Source: Escherichia coli
GTDB lineage: Bacteria; Pseudomonadota; Gammaproteobacteria; Enterobacterales; Enterobacteriaceae
Length of the DNA stretch: 64,000 nt
Strand: one strand, 5' to 3'
NCBI RefSeq assembly: GCF_022846255.1
Contig: NZ_AP025682.1
The position numbers and the translations under genes were made by a program. The notes under the pieces were generated by a model. It was not told the DNA's origin and did no database searches. It saw only the letters and a program-made list of their open reading frames with translations. Positions 31,441-41,870 of the stretch are shown here, piece by piece (positions within the stretch are counted from its first letter, which is position 1; each line of letters begins with the position of its first letter).

Positions 31441-32695
31441 GGACTGACGCCAGATAGTTTCTGTCCATGGCTGCTTTTCGCATCTTACGTCTTAACCCTG
31501 CCTTGAATACCTTATCATTCGTCAAAATATTAATAGCGATGTGCCGTATCCCTGAAAATAATTCTGCTGCATTTCCTCTTCTTATTTTGCAGTCGTCTTC
31601 ATTCATTACCACGTCCAGACGCCAGTGCAGCTTATTCTCCACGTGCCAGTGGTTTCGGATTGCTGTGGCGAACTTCTCTGCGGTTAAATCAGCAGAACTG
31701 ATATAATATCTGACCGTCATTTCTGGCTATTTCTTTTGTTCTGCTATTATGGACCGAAAGGAGACTGCCACGCATAATTTCTTCAGTCCTTTCCATTCAA
31801 ACGTGAAATCAATAAGTTCATCAGGGACATCGCAAACAATATGAAGACGGATTTCTTCTCTGCCGTGACTTTTTTCACTAATTGCGTAACTGTCATGCTC
31901 TGGATTATTCAATTCTTTCAGCGGAAATTTTTCCTCGAAGGCTTTATTTAGCCGCCCCTGGTTTCCTTTTACAGCGAATAAATAATCACCTCCCTGTTTT
32001 TGTATCTTCTCTGCAATATCTTTCTGGCAACCCATCGCATCAGTTGTGATGATTTTTCCTTTAATATCCAGCATGTTAAGAAGTTCAGGGATAGCTGTAA
32101 TTTCATTGGATTTCTCATCCGTCCTGATCTGTCCGATGACCAGACTGTGCATTGTTGAGAACGCACTAATGACATGAATCGCTCCCCTGCGGCGACTCTT
32201 GTCATAAGAATGTCGGAGCGTTTTTCCATCAATTGCAATAACGTCTTTATCATCTGAAGAATGGCAGTCACGCATCCAGTTAATAAAGCACTCGTGAAAT
32301 TTTGCAGGACTGATACAGGATACAACTCTGGCAATGGTATCGTGAACAGGAATACCATTTTCAAAATCACCATATTGCTTCAAAAAATCGAGATGTGTTT
32401 CCCCAAAACCCTCTATATCTTCCCAGCCTTCTGCACCAGAAATAACGGCACAAATAGTCAACAGTAGAATATCCGATAATTTATGTTCCACTTTCCAGGC
32501 TTGTCTGTAATCGGGGATAATAGAAATATGTTCCATCAATTTTTTAAGTACCATTTTGTTCTCCTTAATTATGTAAGGAGTATTTGATCATGTATAAGCA
32601 ATAAAAAACAGCTTCAGGTAATAAGGAATATCTCAATTTTTAAACATAAAATGCGAATTATTTAGTACAAAAAAGCAGCGTTACGTGATCTTTCC
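31400..32695 (-). mobile_element. ISAs1-family (H-repeat) insertion sequence
   Basis: Transposase reading frame of about 379 codons (31418..32554) with the [26 protein letters not shown]-terminal signature; upstream boundary set where the two copies' flanks diverge (after ...gtgatctttcc). Confidence 0.7.
31418..32554 (-). pseudogene. ISAs1-family transposase, split by a frameshift near 31720-31727
   Basis: 275-aa N-terminal ORF (31727..32554) and 100-aa C-terminal ORF (31418..31720) are contiguous in different frames. Confidence 0.7.
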
Positions 32696-32871
32696 CTGGT
32701 TATCGCTGTTCTTTCCCCTTGACCAGGCAAATATTTTTCATTATGGATCCATACCTTGCTATAATCAATTGTATTCTCAAAAATCGATCTGGCCAATGTT
32801 AATTCACCAGATGTCATTCTCCTTAATGACATATCCTTTCCCCTGGAAATAATATCTTTCAGATAAAACAC
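32662..32871 (-). pseudogene. 5' fragment of a gene truncated by the ISAs1 insertion; N-terminus resembles DUF4157-type domains
   Basis: 69-aa ORF whose last about 12 codons are encoded by IS-end sequence; motif LARSIFENTIDYSKVWIH resembles the E..fG.DfS.VRVH N-terminal signature of DUF4157 (a recollection, not verified). Confidence 0.35.
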
Positions 32872-33769
32872 AAACGCTCTTTGATGTTCAACATTCCCAC
32901 TTTATACAGTATTGATGGCATCATCTTCATAGAAAATGAAATCAAAGCAAGTTATCAACGTTTCCCATTACGATTTCTTAACATTAATTCTCAGCATTTT
33001 TATTAATCTATTTTCAATATCAATAACCGATGCAAATGATTACGCAGTTAACATAATCCTTATCAATTGATTAATATCTGTAAACGCTACCGCCCCACCC
33101 TGATATCTTAATCTGCACATAGCAATCTTAACGTTATGCCCCATACATTAGTAATGTAAATTAAGAATTCGGAATATATCAAATTCACTTCATAAATTAA
33201 TATCGGGAATGATATACACATTAATTATATTGAAGTAATGGTTTAAGAGTTGTAATGACCATGGAACAGGACTAATTCCAGAAACTCCTGTTGGGCAATA
33301 GCGCGTTTATCATCCTACATGCCTCTTACATTTTTTAGCCTTTTCTTTAACGTCAGCAATTGGCTCATTTAATCAGCAATGGTATTGGTATTTGGCGTAT
33401 TACCCCTGAAACCCGTCATGTGCTAGCACCTCACTATTCAATGAGCCAACCACGCCAGTGTCCACTGCAACCACTGGCGTTCAGAGCGACGAACGAGTGG
33501 CGCAAGAGTAGGACTGCCGTCGGGCATCATCAAACCAATAGTTGTTGTTTCCGTCAAAATTTCATCAGGTTGCTATTTGGTTGCCGGCCGCCTTTATCCC
33601 CACATATTTATAGCGGGATTATTTTGCATCGTTACACGATAAAAGGTAGGATTCTGCGCCGACAGTTATACCCATAAAGAATAATGGTGAATCTTGTCAT
33701 CGCCAGGATGAATAAACATTGTTCATGGCAACTTATATGACTTTTTCATTAAAGCAATCAGGGAGAGCA

Positions 33770-35269
33770 ATGAGTAAACACGACACCGACACTTCAGATC
33801 AACACGCCGCGAAACGCCGCTGGCTTAATGCCCACGAAGAGGGGTATCACAAAGCGATGGGCAATCGCCAGGTACAGATGATCGCCATTGGCGGCGCGAT
33901 TGGCACCGGCTTGTTTTTAGGTGCAGGAGCCCGACTGCAAATGGCGGGGCCAGCACTGGCACTGGTCTATTTAATCTGCGGCCTGTTTTCATTTTTTATT
34001 CTGCGTGCATTGGGTGAGCTGGTGCTACACCGCCCTTCCAGTGGCAGTTTTGTCTCTTATGCCCGTGAGTTTTTAGGAGAGAAAGCCGCTTACGTTGCAG
34101 GCTGGATGTACTTCATCAACTGGGCGATGACGGGGATTGTCGATATTACCGCCGTCGCTCTGTATATGCATTACTGGGGTGCGTTTGGCGGCGTGCCGCA
34201 GTGGGTCTTTGCGCTCGCTGCGCTGACCATCGTTGGTACCATGAATATGATTGGTGTGAAATGGTTTGCGGAGATGGAGTTCTGGTTTGCGCTTATTAAA
34301 GTGCTCGCCATCGTGACCTTTTTGGTCGTGGGTACAGTGTTCCTCGGTAGCGGTCAGCCGCTGGATGGCAACGCCACTGGCTTTCATTTAATTACCGATA
34401 ACGGCGGCTTTTTCCCCCACGGTTTGCTGCCTGCGCTGGTGTTGATTCAGGGCGTAGTGTTTGCTTTTGCCTCCATTGAAATGGTGGGTACAGCGGCCGG
34501 AGAATGTAAAGATCCGCAGACCATGGTGCCTAAAGCGATTAACAGTGTGATTTGGCGTATTGGTCTGTTTTACGTCGGCTCCGTGGTGTTGCTGGTTATG
34601 TTATTGCCGTGGAGCGCGTATCAGGCGGGGCAAAGTCCGTTCGTGACGTTTTTCTCTAAACTGGGTGTGCCATATATCGGCAGCATTATGAACATTGTGG
34701 TGCTGACCGCTGCCCTCTCCAGCCTGAATTCAGGTCTGTACTGCACCGGGCGTATTCTGCGCTCGATGGCGATGGGCGGTTCCGCACCGAGTTTTATGGC
34801 GAAAATGAGTCGTCAGCATGTGCCGTATGCCGGGATTCTGGCGACACTGGTTGTGTATGTCGTCGGCGTATTCCTCAACTATCTGGTGCCGTCGCGCGTA
34901 TTTGAGATTGTGTTGAACTTCGCGTCGCTGGGAATCATCGCTTCATGGGCGTTTATCATCGTGTGCCAGATGCGCCTGCGTAAAGCGATTAAAGAAGGCA
35001 AAGCAGCGGATGTCAGTTTTAAACTGCCTGGCGCGCCCTTCACTTCCTGGCTGACATTACTGTTTTTACTGAGTGTCCTTGTGCTGATGGCGTTCGATTA
35101 CCCGAACGGGACTTATACTATCGCGGCGCTGCCGTTTATCGGTATTCTGCTGGTTATAGGCTGGTTTGGTGTGCGCAAACGCGTTGCTGAAATTCACAGC
35201 ACTGCGCCAGTCGTCGAGGAAGATGAAGAACAACAGGAAATTGTGTTTAAGCCTGAAACGGCGAGTTAA
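33770..35269 (+). CDS. ansP: L-asparagine permease (APC family)
   Basis: 499-aa product beginning MSKHDTDTSDQHAAKRRWLNAHEEGYHK; track ORF starts upstream at 33719. Confidence 0.95.
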   Translation: MSKHDTDTSDQHAAKRRWLNAHEEGYHKAMGNRQVQMIAIGGAIGTGLFLGAGARLQMAGPALALVYLICGLFSFFILRALGELVLHRPSSGSFVSYAREFLGEKAAYVAGWMYFINWAMTGIVDITAVALYMHYWGAFGGVPQWVFALAALTIVGTMNMIGVKWFAEMEFWFALIKVLAIVTFLVVGTVFLGSGQPLDGNATGFHLITDNGGFFPHGLLPALVLIQGVVFAFASIEMVGTAAGECKDPQTMVPKAINSVIWRIGLFYVGSVVLLVMLLPWSAYQAGQSPFVTFFSKLGVPYIGSIMNIVVLTAALSSLNSGLYCTGRILRSMAMGGSAPSFMAKMSRQHVPYAGILATLVVYVVGVFLNYLVPSRVFEIVLNFASLGIIASWAFIIVCQMRLRKAIKEGKAADVSFKLPGAPFTSWLTLLFLLSVLVLMAFDYPNGTYTIAALPFIGILLVIGWFGVRKRVAEIHSTAPVVEEDEEQQEIVFKPETAS

Positions 35270-35320
35270 TTGCAAAACTGCCCGGCTACGTGCCGGGCAA
35301 ATTCAGACTACTGACGAAGG

Positions 35321-35345
35321 TGCCGGATGCGGCGTGATAAAAGTC
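35321..35345. repeat. REP element
   Basis: tgccggatgcggcgtga matches the REP consensus. Confidence 0.45.
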
Positions 35346-35381
35346 AGGCAAGTCTCTCCATTTTCACCCTCGCCATATCTA

Positions 35382-36443
35382 TTACAGCGCAATACGAATC
35401 ACATCGTCCGGCTGGGTAGCTTCCTGCTGTTTAGTGGATTTTTGTTTCACACTGACATACAGCGTTTTGCCATCGGCAGACAGCGCCAGGCTGTTCGGAT
35501 GAGTCGGCGTATCGAACGTTTTCACCACTTTATAGCTTTTCGCGTCAATCACACTGACTTTACCTGCCTGACGATGCGTCACGTAGGCTTCATTACGCGC
35601 GGGGTTAAACAGCACAGCCAGTGATTCCGGTGCCGCAACCTTCGCCAGAATATTGCCATTACGGGTATCGACCACTAACACTTCTGCCGCTTTAGAATCG
35701 GTGATAAATGCACGCTGCCTGGCGGTATCAAGGCTAATGTTGATAAAGAAGTGCTCTTTGCCGTCATCCAGCAGCTTTTTACGGCTGAGGATTTTATTGT
35801 CGGCGGTGTCGATGGTAATCAATTCGCCGTCAGCGTTAGTGGTGTAAAGACGTTTGCCTTTGCTATCCAGCGCCAAACCGGTACTCATTTTACCGGTGTT
35901 CTGGATGGCGGTTTTCAGTTTGATATTCTCGCCATCAACGACCCAAATCACGCTCTCTTTACCAATACCACTGATGTAAACGGTGTTCGTGGCATCATCA
36001 GTTACCAGCTCACGCGGCTGCAACGGACGCACTTCTTCGGTACGTTTACGCTCATCAAGCACCAGACGTCCTTTCACTTCGCCCGTTTTGGCATCTATCG
36101 CCGTGACCGCACTATTTACGGTGTTACCAAACCACAACGTCTGAGTCGTGTTATTGATGGTGGCACCAAACGACTTGAGATCGTTATGGATCGCCTGCGT
36201 CACTTCCAGAGTAACCGGATCAAGACGATAAACCACACCGCCTTTATCCAGTTTGCGGCTTTGCGAAGTGGCGAGCCACAGCGCGTTTTCTTGCTGGCTA
36301 TAAGCCATTTCGTAGGCACCTTTACCTACCGCTTTACGCAGCATTTCTTCTGCGGCCTGCGTACTGAATGATGAAGCAACGAGCAATGAACCTAACAGTA
36401 ATGAACCACGCAGGCGCGATGAAAACAGATGACGTAAATGCAT
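35382..36443 (-). CDS. yncE: seven-bladed beta-propeller protein (PQQ-like repeats), exported
   Basis: 353 aa with signal peptide, matching remembered YncE. Confidence 0.9.
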   Translation of the reverse strand: MHLRHLFSSRLRGSLLLGSLLVASSFSTQAAEEMLRKAVGKGAYEMAYSQQENALWLATSQSRKLDKGGVVYRLDPVTLEVTQAIHNDLKSFGATINNTTQTLWFGNTVNSAVTAIDAKTGEVKGRLVLDERKRTEEVRPLQPRELVTDDATNTVYISGIGKESVIWVVDGENIKLKTAIQNTGKMSTGLALDSKGKRLYTTNADGELITIDTADNKILSRKKLLDDGKEHFFINISLDTARQRAFITDSKAAEVLVVDTRNGNILAKVAAPESLAVLFNPARNEAYVTHRQAGKVSVIDAKSYKVVKTFDTPTHPNSLALSADGKTLYVSVKQKSTKQQEATQPDDVIRIAL

Positions 36444-36685
36444 GACGACTCCCTTTGATGAACCGATATTTTTGCTGCTTCACAATGCTTCGCTAAGCGT
36501 AATCATCGTTACGCCCTTGTTATAAATGGGAATGGTAATCATTATTTTCTCAAATGTGGAGCATTTCTTACCGTTACGACTACAATTTTCTCAATTACTT
36601 AACGTATTGTGCCGTTTCGTTTTCCATAATTTTACAATTTTATTACTATGACGGTGTTTTCCCCATTCTTAACCTGGCTTTTTTC

Positions 36686-38788
36686 ATGAAGATTTTTTCC
36701 GTCCGACAAACCGTTTTGCCCGCACTGCTTGTCCTTTCCCCCGTTGTTTTTGCCGCTGATGAACAGACCATGATTGTCAGTGCCGCACCGCAGGTGGTTT
36801 CAGAACTGGATACCCCAGCAGCCGTGAGCGTGGTGGATGGCGAGGAGATGCGCCTGGCAACACCGCGCATTAACTTGTCTGAATCACTGACTGGCGTGCC
36901 TGGTTTGCAGGTACAAAACCGGCAGAACTATGCGCAAGATTTACAGCTGTCGATTCGCGGATTTGGCTCCCGCTCCACTTACGGAATTCGTGGTATTCGC
37001 CTGTATGTGGACGGTATTCCCGCCACCATGCCCGACGGACAAGGGCAAACATCTAACATCGATTTAAGCAGTGTGCAAAATGTGGAAGTGCTGCGTGGCC
37101 CCTTCTCTGCTCTGTATGGCAACGCGTCTGGCGGTGTAATGAATGTCACCACCCAGACCGGACAACAGCCACCAACCATTGAAGCCAGTAGTTACTACGG
37201 CAGTTTTGGCAGCTGGCGCTATGGGCTGAAAGCTACGGGCGCAACGGGCGACGGCACACAGCCTGGCGATGTCGATTACACCGTCTCAACCACACGTTTT
37301 ACGACCCACGGCTATCGTGACCATAGTGGCGCACAGAAAAATTTAGCCAATGCCAAACTGGGCGTTCGCATTGATGACGCCAGCAAATTAAGCCTGATTT
37401 TCAATAGTGTGGATATCAAAGCAGATGACCCAGGTGGGCTAACCGAAGCAGAATGGAAGGCGAATCCACAACAAGCGCCTCGTGCAGAACAGTACGACAC
37501 GCGAAAAACCATCAAGCAAACTCAGGCTGGGTTGCGCTATGAGCGTAGCCTGAGCGCGCAAGATGATATGAGTGTGATGATGTATGCCGGAGAGCGAGAA
37601 ACGACCCAGTACCAGTCAATCCCGATGGCCCCCCAACTTAACCCGTCGCATGCGGGCGGCGTGATTACTCTGCAACGCCATTACCAGGGGATAGACAGCC
37701 GCTGGACACACCGTGGTGATCTGGGCGTTCCGGTCACGTTCACTACCGGCCTGAACTATGAAAACATGAGTGAAAACCGCAAGGGCTACAATAACTTCCG
37801 CCTGAATAGCGGCGTGCCGGAATACGGGCAAAAAGGTGAGTTGCGCCGCGACGAACGCAATCTGATGTGGAACGTCGATCCCTATTTACAGACGCAGTGG
37901 CAGCTGAGCGAAAAACTGTCGCTGGATGCTGGCGTGCGCTACAGCTCCGTGTGGTTTGATTCCAACGACCATTACGTTACTCCGGGTAACGGCGATGACA
38001 GCGGTGATGCCAGTTATCACAAATGGCTACCTGCCGGTTCGTTAAAATATGCAATGACCGATGCCTGGAATATCTATCTGGCAGCCGGGCGAGGTTTTGA
38101 AACGCCGACGATTAATGAGCTGTCTTATCGTGCTGATGGACAAAGCGGTATGAACTTTGGGTTAAAACCCTCCACCAACGATACAATTGAGATCGGCAGT
38201 AAAACGCGTATTGGTGATGGGCTGCTTAGTCTCGCATTGTTCCAGACCGACACCGATGATGAAATTGTTGTCGATAGCAGTAGCGGTGGGCGTACGACTT
38301 ACAAAAATGCCGGAAAGACCCGTCGTCAAGGCGCTGAACTGGCATGGGCTCAACGTTTCGCGGGAGATTTTCGCGTAAAAGCGTCCTGGACCTGGCTTGA
38401 TGCGACCTATCGCAGCAATGTGTGCAATGAACAGGATTGTAACGGTAACCGGATGCCAGGGATCGCCCGTAATATGGGCTTTGCGTCGATAGGTTATATA
38501 CCGGAAGATGGTTGGTATGCAGGCACGGAAGCGCGTTATATGGGCGATATTATGGCAGATGATGAAAATACGGCCAAAGCGCCTTCTTATACACTCGTCG
38601 GCTTATTCACCGGGTATAAATACAATTACCACAATTTTACCGTGGATTTATTTGGTCGTGTCGATAATTTATTCGATAAAGAATACGTTGGCTCTGTCAT
38701 TGTCAATGAGTCAAACGGGCGATATTACGAACCTGCGCCCGGACGAAATTATGGTGTCGGCATAAATATTGCGTGGCGATTTGAGTGA
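36686..38788 (+). CDS. yncD: TonB-dependent outer-membrane receptor
   Basis: 700-aa product beginning MKIFSVRQTVLPALLVLSPVVFA, TonB-box-like DEQTMIVSA, C-terminal aromatic residue; track ORF extends upstream to 36554. Confidence 0.9.
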   Translation: MKIFSVRQTVLPALLVLSPVVFAADEQTMIVSAAPQVVSELDTPAAVSVVDGEEMRLATPRINLSESLTGVPGLQVQNRQNYAQDLQLSIRGFGSRSTYGIRGIRLYVDGIPATMPDGQGQTSNIDLSSVQNVEVLRGPFSALYGNASGGVMNVTTQTGQQPPTIEASSYYGSFGSWRYGLKATGATGDGTQPGDVDYTVSTTRFTTHGYRDHSGAQKNLANAKLGVRIDDASKLSLIFNSVDIKADDPGGLTEAEWKANPQQAPRAEQYDTRKTIKQTQAGLRYERSLSAQDDMSVMMYAGERETTQYQSIPMAPQLNPSHAGGVITLQRHYQGIDSRWTHRGDLGVPVTFTTGLNYENMSENRKGYNNFRLNSGVPEYGQKGELRRDERNLMWNVDPYLQTQWQLSEKLSLDAGVRYSSVWFDSNDHYVTPGNGDDSGDASYHKWLPAGSLKYAMTDAWNIYLAAGRGFETPTINELSYRADGQSGMNFGLKPSTNDTIEIGSKTRIGDGLLSLALFQTDTDDEIVVDSSSGGRTTYKNAGKTRRQGAELAWAQRFAGDFRVKASWTWLDATYRSNVCNEQDCNGNRMPGIARNMGFASIGYIPEDGWYAGTEARYMGDIMADDENTAKAPSYTLVGLFTGYKYNYHNFTVDLFGRVDNLFDKEYVGSVIVNESNGRYYEPAPGRNYGVGINIAWRFE

Positions 38789-38823
38789 TTATCTTGATGC
38801 CCGGTATTTGCTGGGCATTTAAT

Positions 38824-39489
38824 TTAACGATTATATTGCTGGTATAACATAGCAACATTTTGTTGCATAATTTCAGCAAGACAATGTCTGCATCCCTCTT
38901 TGTCTTTTACTTTTAACGCGGCGAGTAGTTCATGATAGCTTTCTATACGCTCACGTAATTCCGCTGGGTTAATCGCTTCATAAAGATAATGTAAACCAGG
39001 TCCCATCCTGATCCACAGTTGCTCAATCATTTCACACAGGATGGGCATATTTGAACGATGATAAATCGCTAAGCGAAATAGTCTGTTCGCATTAATGATT
39101 TGTTCCATGTCGCCCTTTTCTTGCGCCTGCTGTAATTTCTCGAGCAATTCCTCGAGTTCCGCCAGGTCTGGCGGGGTGAGGTTTTCAAGAGCCAGAGTAA
39201 CTGCCATTAATTCCAGTTCGTAGCGAATCCGATTGATTTCGTCTAATTGACGTTTCCCCACTTCCGGAACTGTAAATGCTTGCGCTGGTGCGACAGAAAG
39301 CGCATTCACCGAAACCAGACGTAATAATGCTTCACGCACGGGTGTAATACTCATACCTAATTGCTCCGCCAGATTTTTAGTAATCAGGCGTGCGCCAGGT
39401 TTTAATGCGCCAATACTAAGCTGATGTTTCAGGTCGTTCTCAACCTGCATAGTCAAACTGATATGCGGTATTTTTTCCGTTCCAGGCAT
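38824..39489 (-). CDS. mcbR: GntR-family transcriptional regulator (colanic acid / biofilm regulator)
   Basis: 221 aa with N-terminal GntR HTH and FCD domain. Confidence 0.9.
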   Translation of the reverse strand: MPGTEKIPHISLTMQVENDLKHQLSIGALKPGARLITKNLAEQLGMSITPVREALLRLVSVNALSVAPAQAFTVPEVGKRQLDEINRIRYELELMAVTLALENLTPPDLAELEELLEKLQQAQEKGDMEQIINANRLFRLAIYHRSNMPILCEMIEQLWIRMGPGLHYLYEAINPAELRERIESYHELLAALKVKDKEGCRHCLAEIMQQNVAMLYQQYNR

Positions 39490-39687
39490 GTTATTTCCTT
39501 CACGTGTATTCGTTCTAACTCTGCCGGTATAGCAGAAGTTGTTTACCTGGCGTATGAAGCTGAATAATCATTATCCACTCATCTTTATTGTTATTAGCCG
39601 TCGAACAGTGATGTAGTTAGTTAATTAAAGCTGGAAATAAGATTTTTGCCTGGATTTTTGTGGCGGCTTTACGCCGCCGTCGTATCT

Positions 39688-40725
39688 TTAGTCATCACCC
39701 GCGACGCGAATAACAACTTTACCGAAGTTTTTGCCGTTCAGCAGGCCAATAAACGTCTGTGGGGCGTTCTCCAAACCGTTGGTAACTTGTTCACGATAGT
39801 GAATTTTTCCCTCTTTTACCCACTGCCCCATCTCTTGCTGAAACTCATGGATGCGGTGACCATAATCCTGACTAATAATAAACCCTTGCAAGCGAATGCG
39901 TTTTTTCAGCACCGTTGCCATCAACAGGGGTAAACGATCCGGACCGGGTGGTAGCTCTGTAGCGTTATAGCTGCTCACTAAGCCACAAACGGGAATGCGC
40001 GCAGATGTATTAAGTAATGGTAGCACTGCATCAAATACCTTACCGCCCACGTTTTCATAATAGATATCAATACCTTTTGGGCACGCTTTCGCCAGTTGTT
40101 CGGCAAAATCGTCCGCGTGGTGATCAAGGCAAACATCGAAGCCTAACACCTCGGTAGCATGGCGGCATTTTTCCGCGCCACCGGCTACCCCCACCACTCT
40201 GCAACCTTTAAGTTTGCCGATTTGCCCCACCGTCGCCCCTACTGGTCCTGTCGCCGCCGCAACCACCAGCGTTTCGCCCTCTTTAGGCTGACCGATATCC
40301 AGTAGGCCCATATAAGCAGTAAAGCCTGGCATCCCCAGCACACCCAGCGACCACGATGGATTTTGCGGATGATCGCCAAGTTTCACCAGTTCATCACCAC
40401 TGGATATGTCATAGTCCTGCCATCCACTGTAGCCCAGCACCCAGTCGCCAGGCTGATAATCAGGATGATTCGACTCCACGACACGGCTCACCGTGCCGCC
40501 GACCATCACGCCGCCAATATCAACAGGCGGTGAATAAGATGGCTCATCGCTCATACGTCCACGCATATACGGGTCCAGTGACAAATAAACTGTGCGCAGT
40601 AACACCTGTCCTTCACCCGGTGTGGCGACATCATCTTCTTCAAGACGGAAATTCTCCGGAACCGGTGCGCCATGCGGACGCGAGGCCAGAACCCAACGGC
40701 GGTTACGCTGCTTTTGTTGCCCCAT
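39688..40725 (-). CDS. curA: NADPH-dependent curcumin/dihydrocurcumin reductase (MDR family)
   Basis: 345-aa product beginning MGQQKQRNRRWVLASRPHG; track ORF extends upstream to 40818. Confidence 0.9.
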   Translation of the reverse strand: MGQQKQRNRRWVLASRPHGAPVPENFRLEEDDVATPGEGQVLLRTVYLSLDPYMRGRMSDEPSYSPPVDIGGVMVGGTVSRVVESNHPDYQPGDWVLGYSGWQDYDISSGDELVKLGDHPQNPSWSLGVLGMPGFTAYMGLLDIGQPKEGETLVVAAATGPVGATVGQIGKLKGCRVVGVAGGAEKCRHATEVLGFDVCLDHHADDFAEQLAKACPKGIDIYYENVGGKVFDAVLPLLNTSARIPVCGLVSSYNATELPPGPDRLPLLMATVLKKRIRLQGFIISQDYGHRIHEFQQEMGQWVKEGKIHYREQVTNGLENAPQTFIGLLNGKNFGKVVIRVAGDD

Positions 40726-40905
40726 AATGCTCTCCTGTGCTTTTAGCATGAATCCATCAATAGTAGCAGGCTCACAGGATTGGTTTTGTTTGCAGCCGTC
40801 ACATCCCCTCTGCAACACGCAATAATTTCATAGAGGAATCCGTTGCTTCGGGCTGTTTTCGATAGTATTGATAACATCATCATCATTATTTTATCGAGGC
40901 CAGAC

Positions 40906-41424
40906 ATGTCCATCCGTTTTGCCCGCAAAGCCGACTGTGCTGCAATTGCGGAAATTTATAACCACGCCGTGTTGTATACGGCGGCTATCTGGAATGACCA
41001 AACGGTGGATGCGGATAACCGCATTGCCTGGTTTGAAGCGCGGACCATAGCAGGTTATCCGGTGCTGGTGAGTGAAGAAGATGGCGTAGTGACGGGATAT
41101 GCCTCGTTTGGCGACTGGCGTAGTTTTGATGGTTTTCGCCATACCGTGGAACATTCGGTTTATGTCCATCCCGATCATCAGGGGAAAGGTCTGGGGCGTA
41201 AATTGTTAAGCCGATTGATTGATGAAGCGCGGGATTGCGGGAAGCATGTCATGGTCGCCGGGATCGAATCGCAAAATCAGGCCTCGCTGCATCTGCACCA
41301 GTCGCTGGGATTTGTCGTCACCGCGCAAATGCCGCAGGTAGGCACTAAATTTGGGCGCTGGCTGGATCTGACATTTATGCAGTTGCAACTCGACGAGCGC
41401 ACTGAACCGGACGCGATTGGATGA
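40906..41424 (+). CDS. mnaT: GNAT L-amino acid N-acyltransferase
   Basis: 172-aa product beginning MSIRFARKADCAAIAEIYNH; track ORF starts at 40843. Confidence 0.9.
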   Translation: MSIRFARKADCAAIAEIYNHAVLYTAAIWNDQTVDADNRIAWFEARTIAGYPVLVSEEDGVVTGYASFGDWRSFDGFRHTVEHSVYVHPDHQGKGLGRKLLSRLIDEARDCGKHVMVAGIESQNQASLHLHQSLGFVVTAQMPQVGTKFGRWLDLTFMQLQLDERTEPDAIG

Positions 41425-41870
41425 ATCAGTCACTTACCCTTGCCTTTTTGATTGCAGCCGGGATTGGTCTGGTAGTCCAGAACACGCTGATGGTGCGCAT
41501 CACCCAGACCTCCTCTACCATTCTCATCGCCATGTTGCTGAACTCACTGGTGGGGATTGTGCTCTTTGTTTCTATTTTATGGTTTAAACAAGGCATGGCG
41601 GGGTTTGGCGAACTGGTGTCCAGCGTGCGCTGGTGGACACTTATACCTGGCTTGCTGGGATCGTTTTTTGTCTTCGCCAGTATCAGCGGATATCAGAATG
41701 TGGGAGCGGCGACAACTATTGCAGTACTGGTCGCCAGCCAGCTGATTGGCGGTCTGGTGCTGGATATCTTCCGCAGCCATGGCGTACCACTTCGGGCGTT
41801 GATCGGCCCAATTTGTGGCGCAATTTTACTTGTGGTTGGCGCCTGGCTGGTGGCCAGACGCTCATTTTAA
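41421..41870 (+). CDS. ydcZ: inner membrane protein (DMT-like, DUF606)
   Basis: 149-aa hydrophobic ORF, 4-nt overlap with mnaT stop. Confidence 0.85.
   Translation: MNQSLTLAFLIAAGIGLVVQNTLMVRITQTSSTILIAMLLNSLVGIVLFVSILWFKQGMAGFGELVSSVRWWTLIPGLLGSFFVFASISGYQNVGAATTIAVLVASQLIGGLVLDIFRSHGVPLRALIGPICGAILLVVGAWLVARRSF

Noticed and set aside
33360-33677. 105-aa ORF in the AT-rich spacer upstream of ansP
   Set aside because: No convincing RBS, composition unlike coding sequence (Trp/Cys/Arg-rich tail), and it overlaps the likely ansP promoter; treated as non-coding pending expression data.
35751-36371. 206-aa plus-strand ORF antisense to yncE; similar shadow ORFs at 47374..48015 (in ydcS), 51757..52497 (in ydcP), 21028..21585 (in narY)
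   Set aside because: Each is fully contained in a confidently identified gene on the opposite strand and lacks any family signature.
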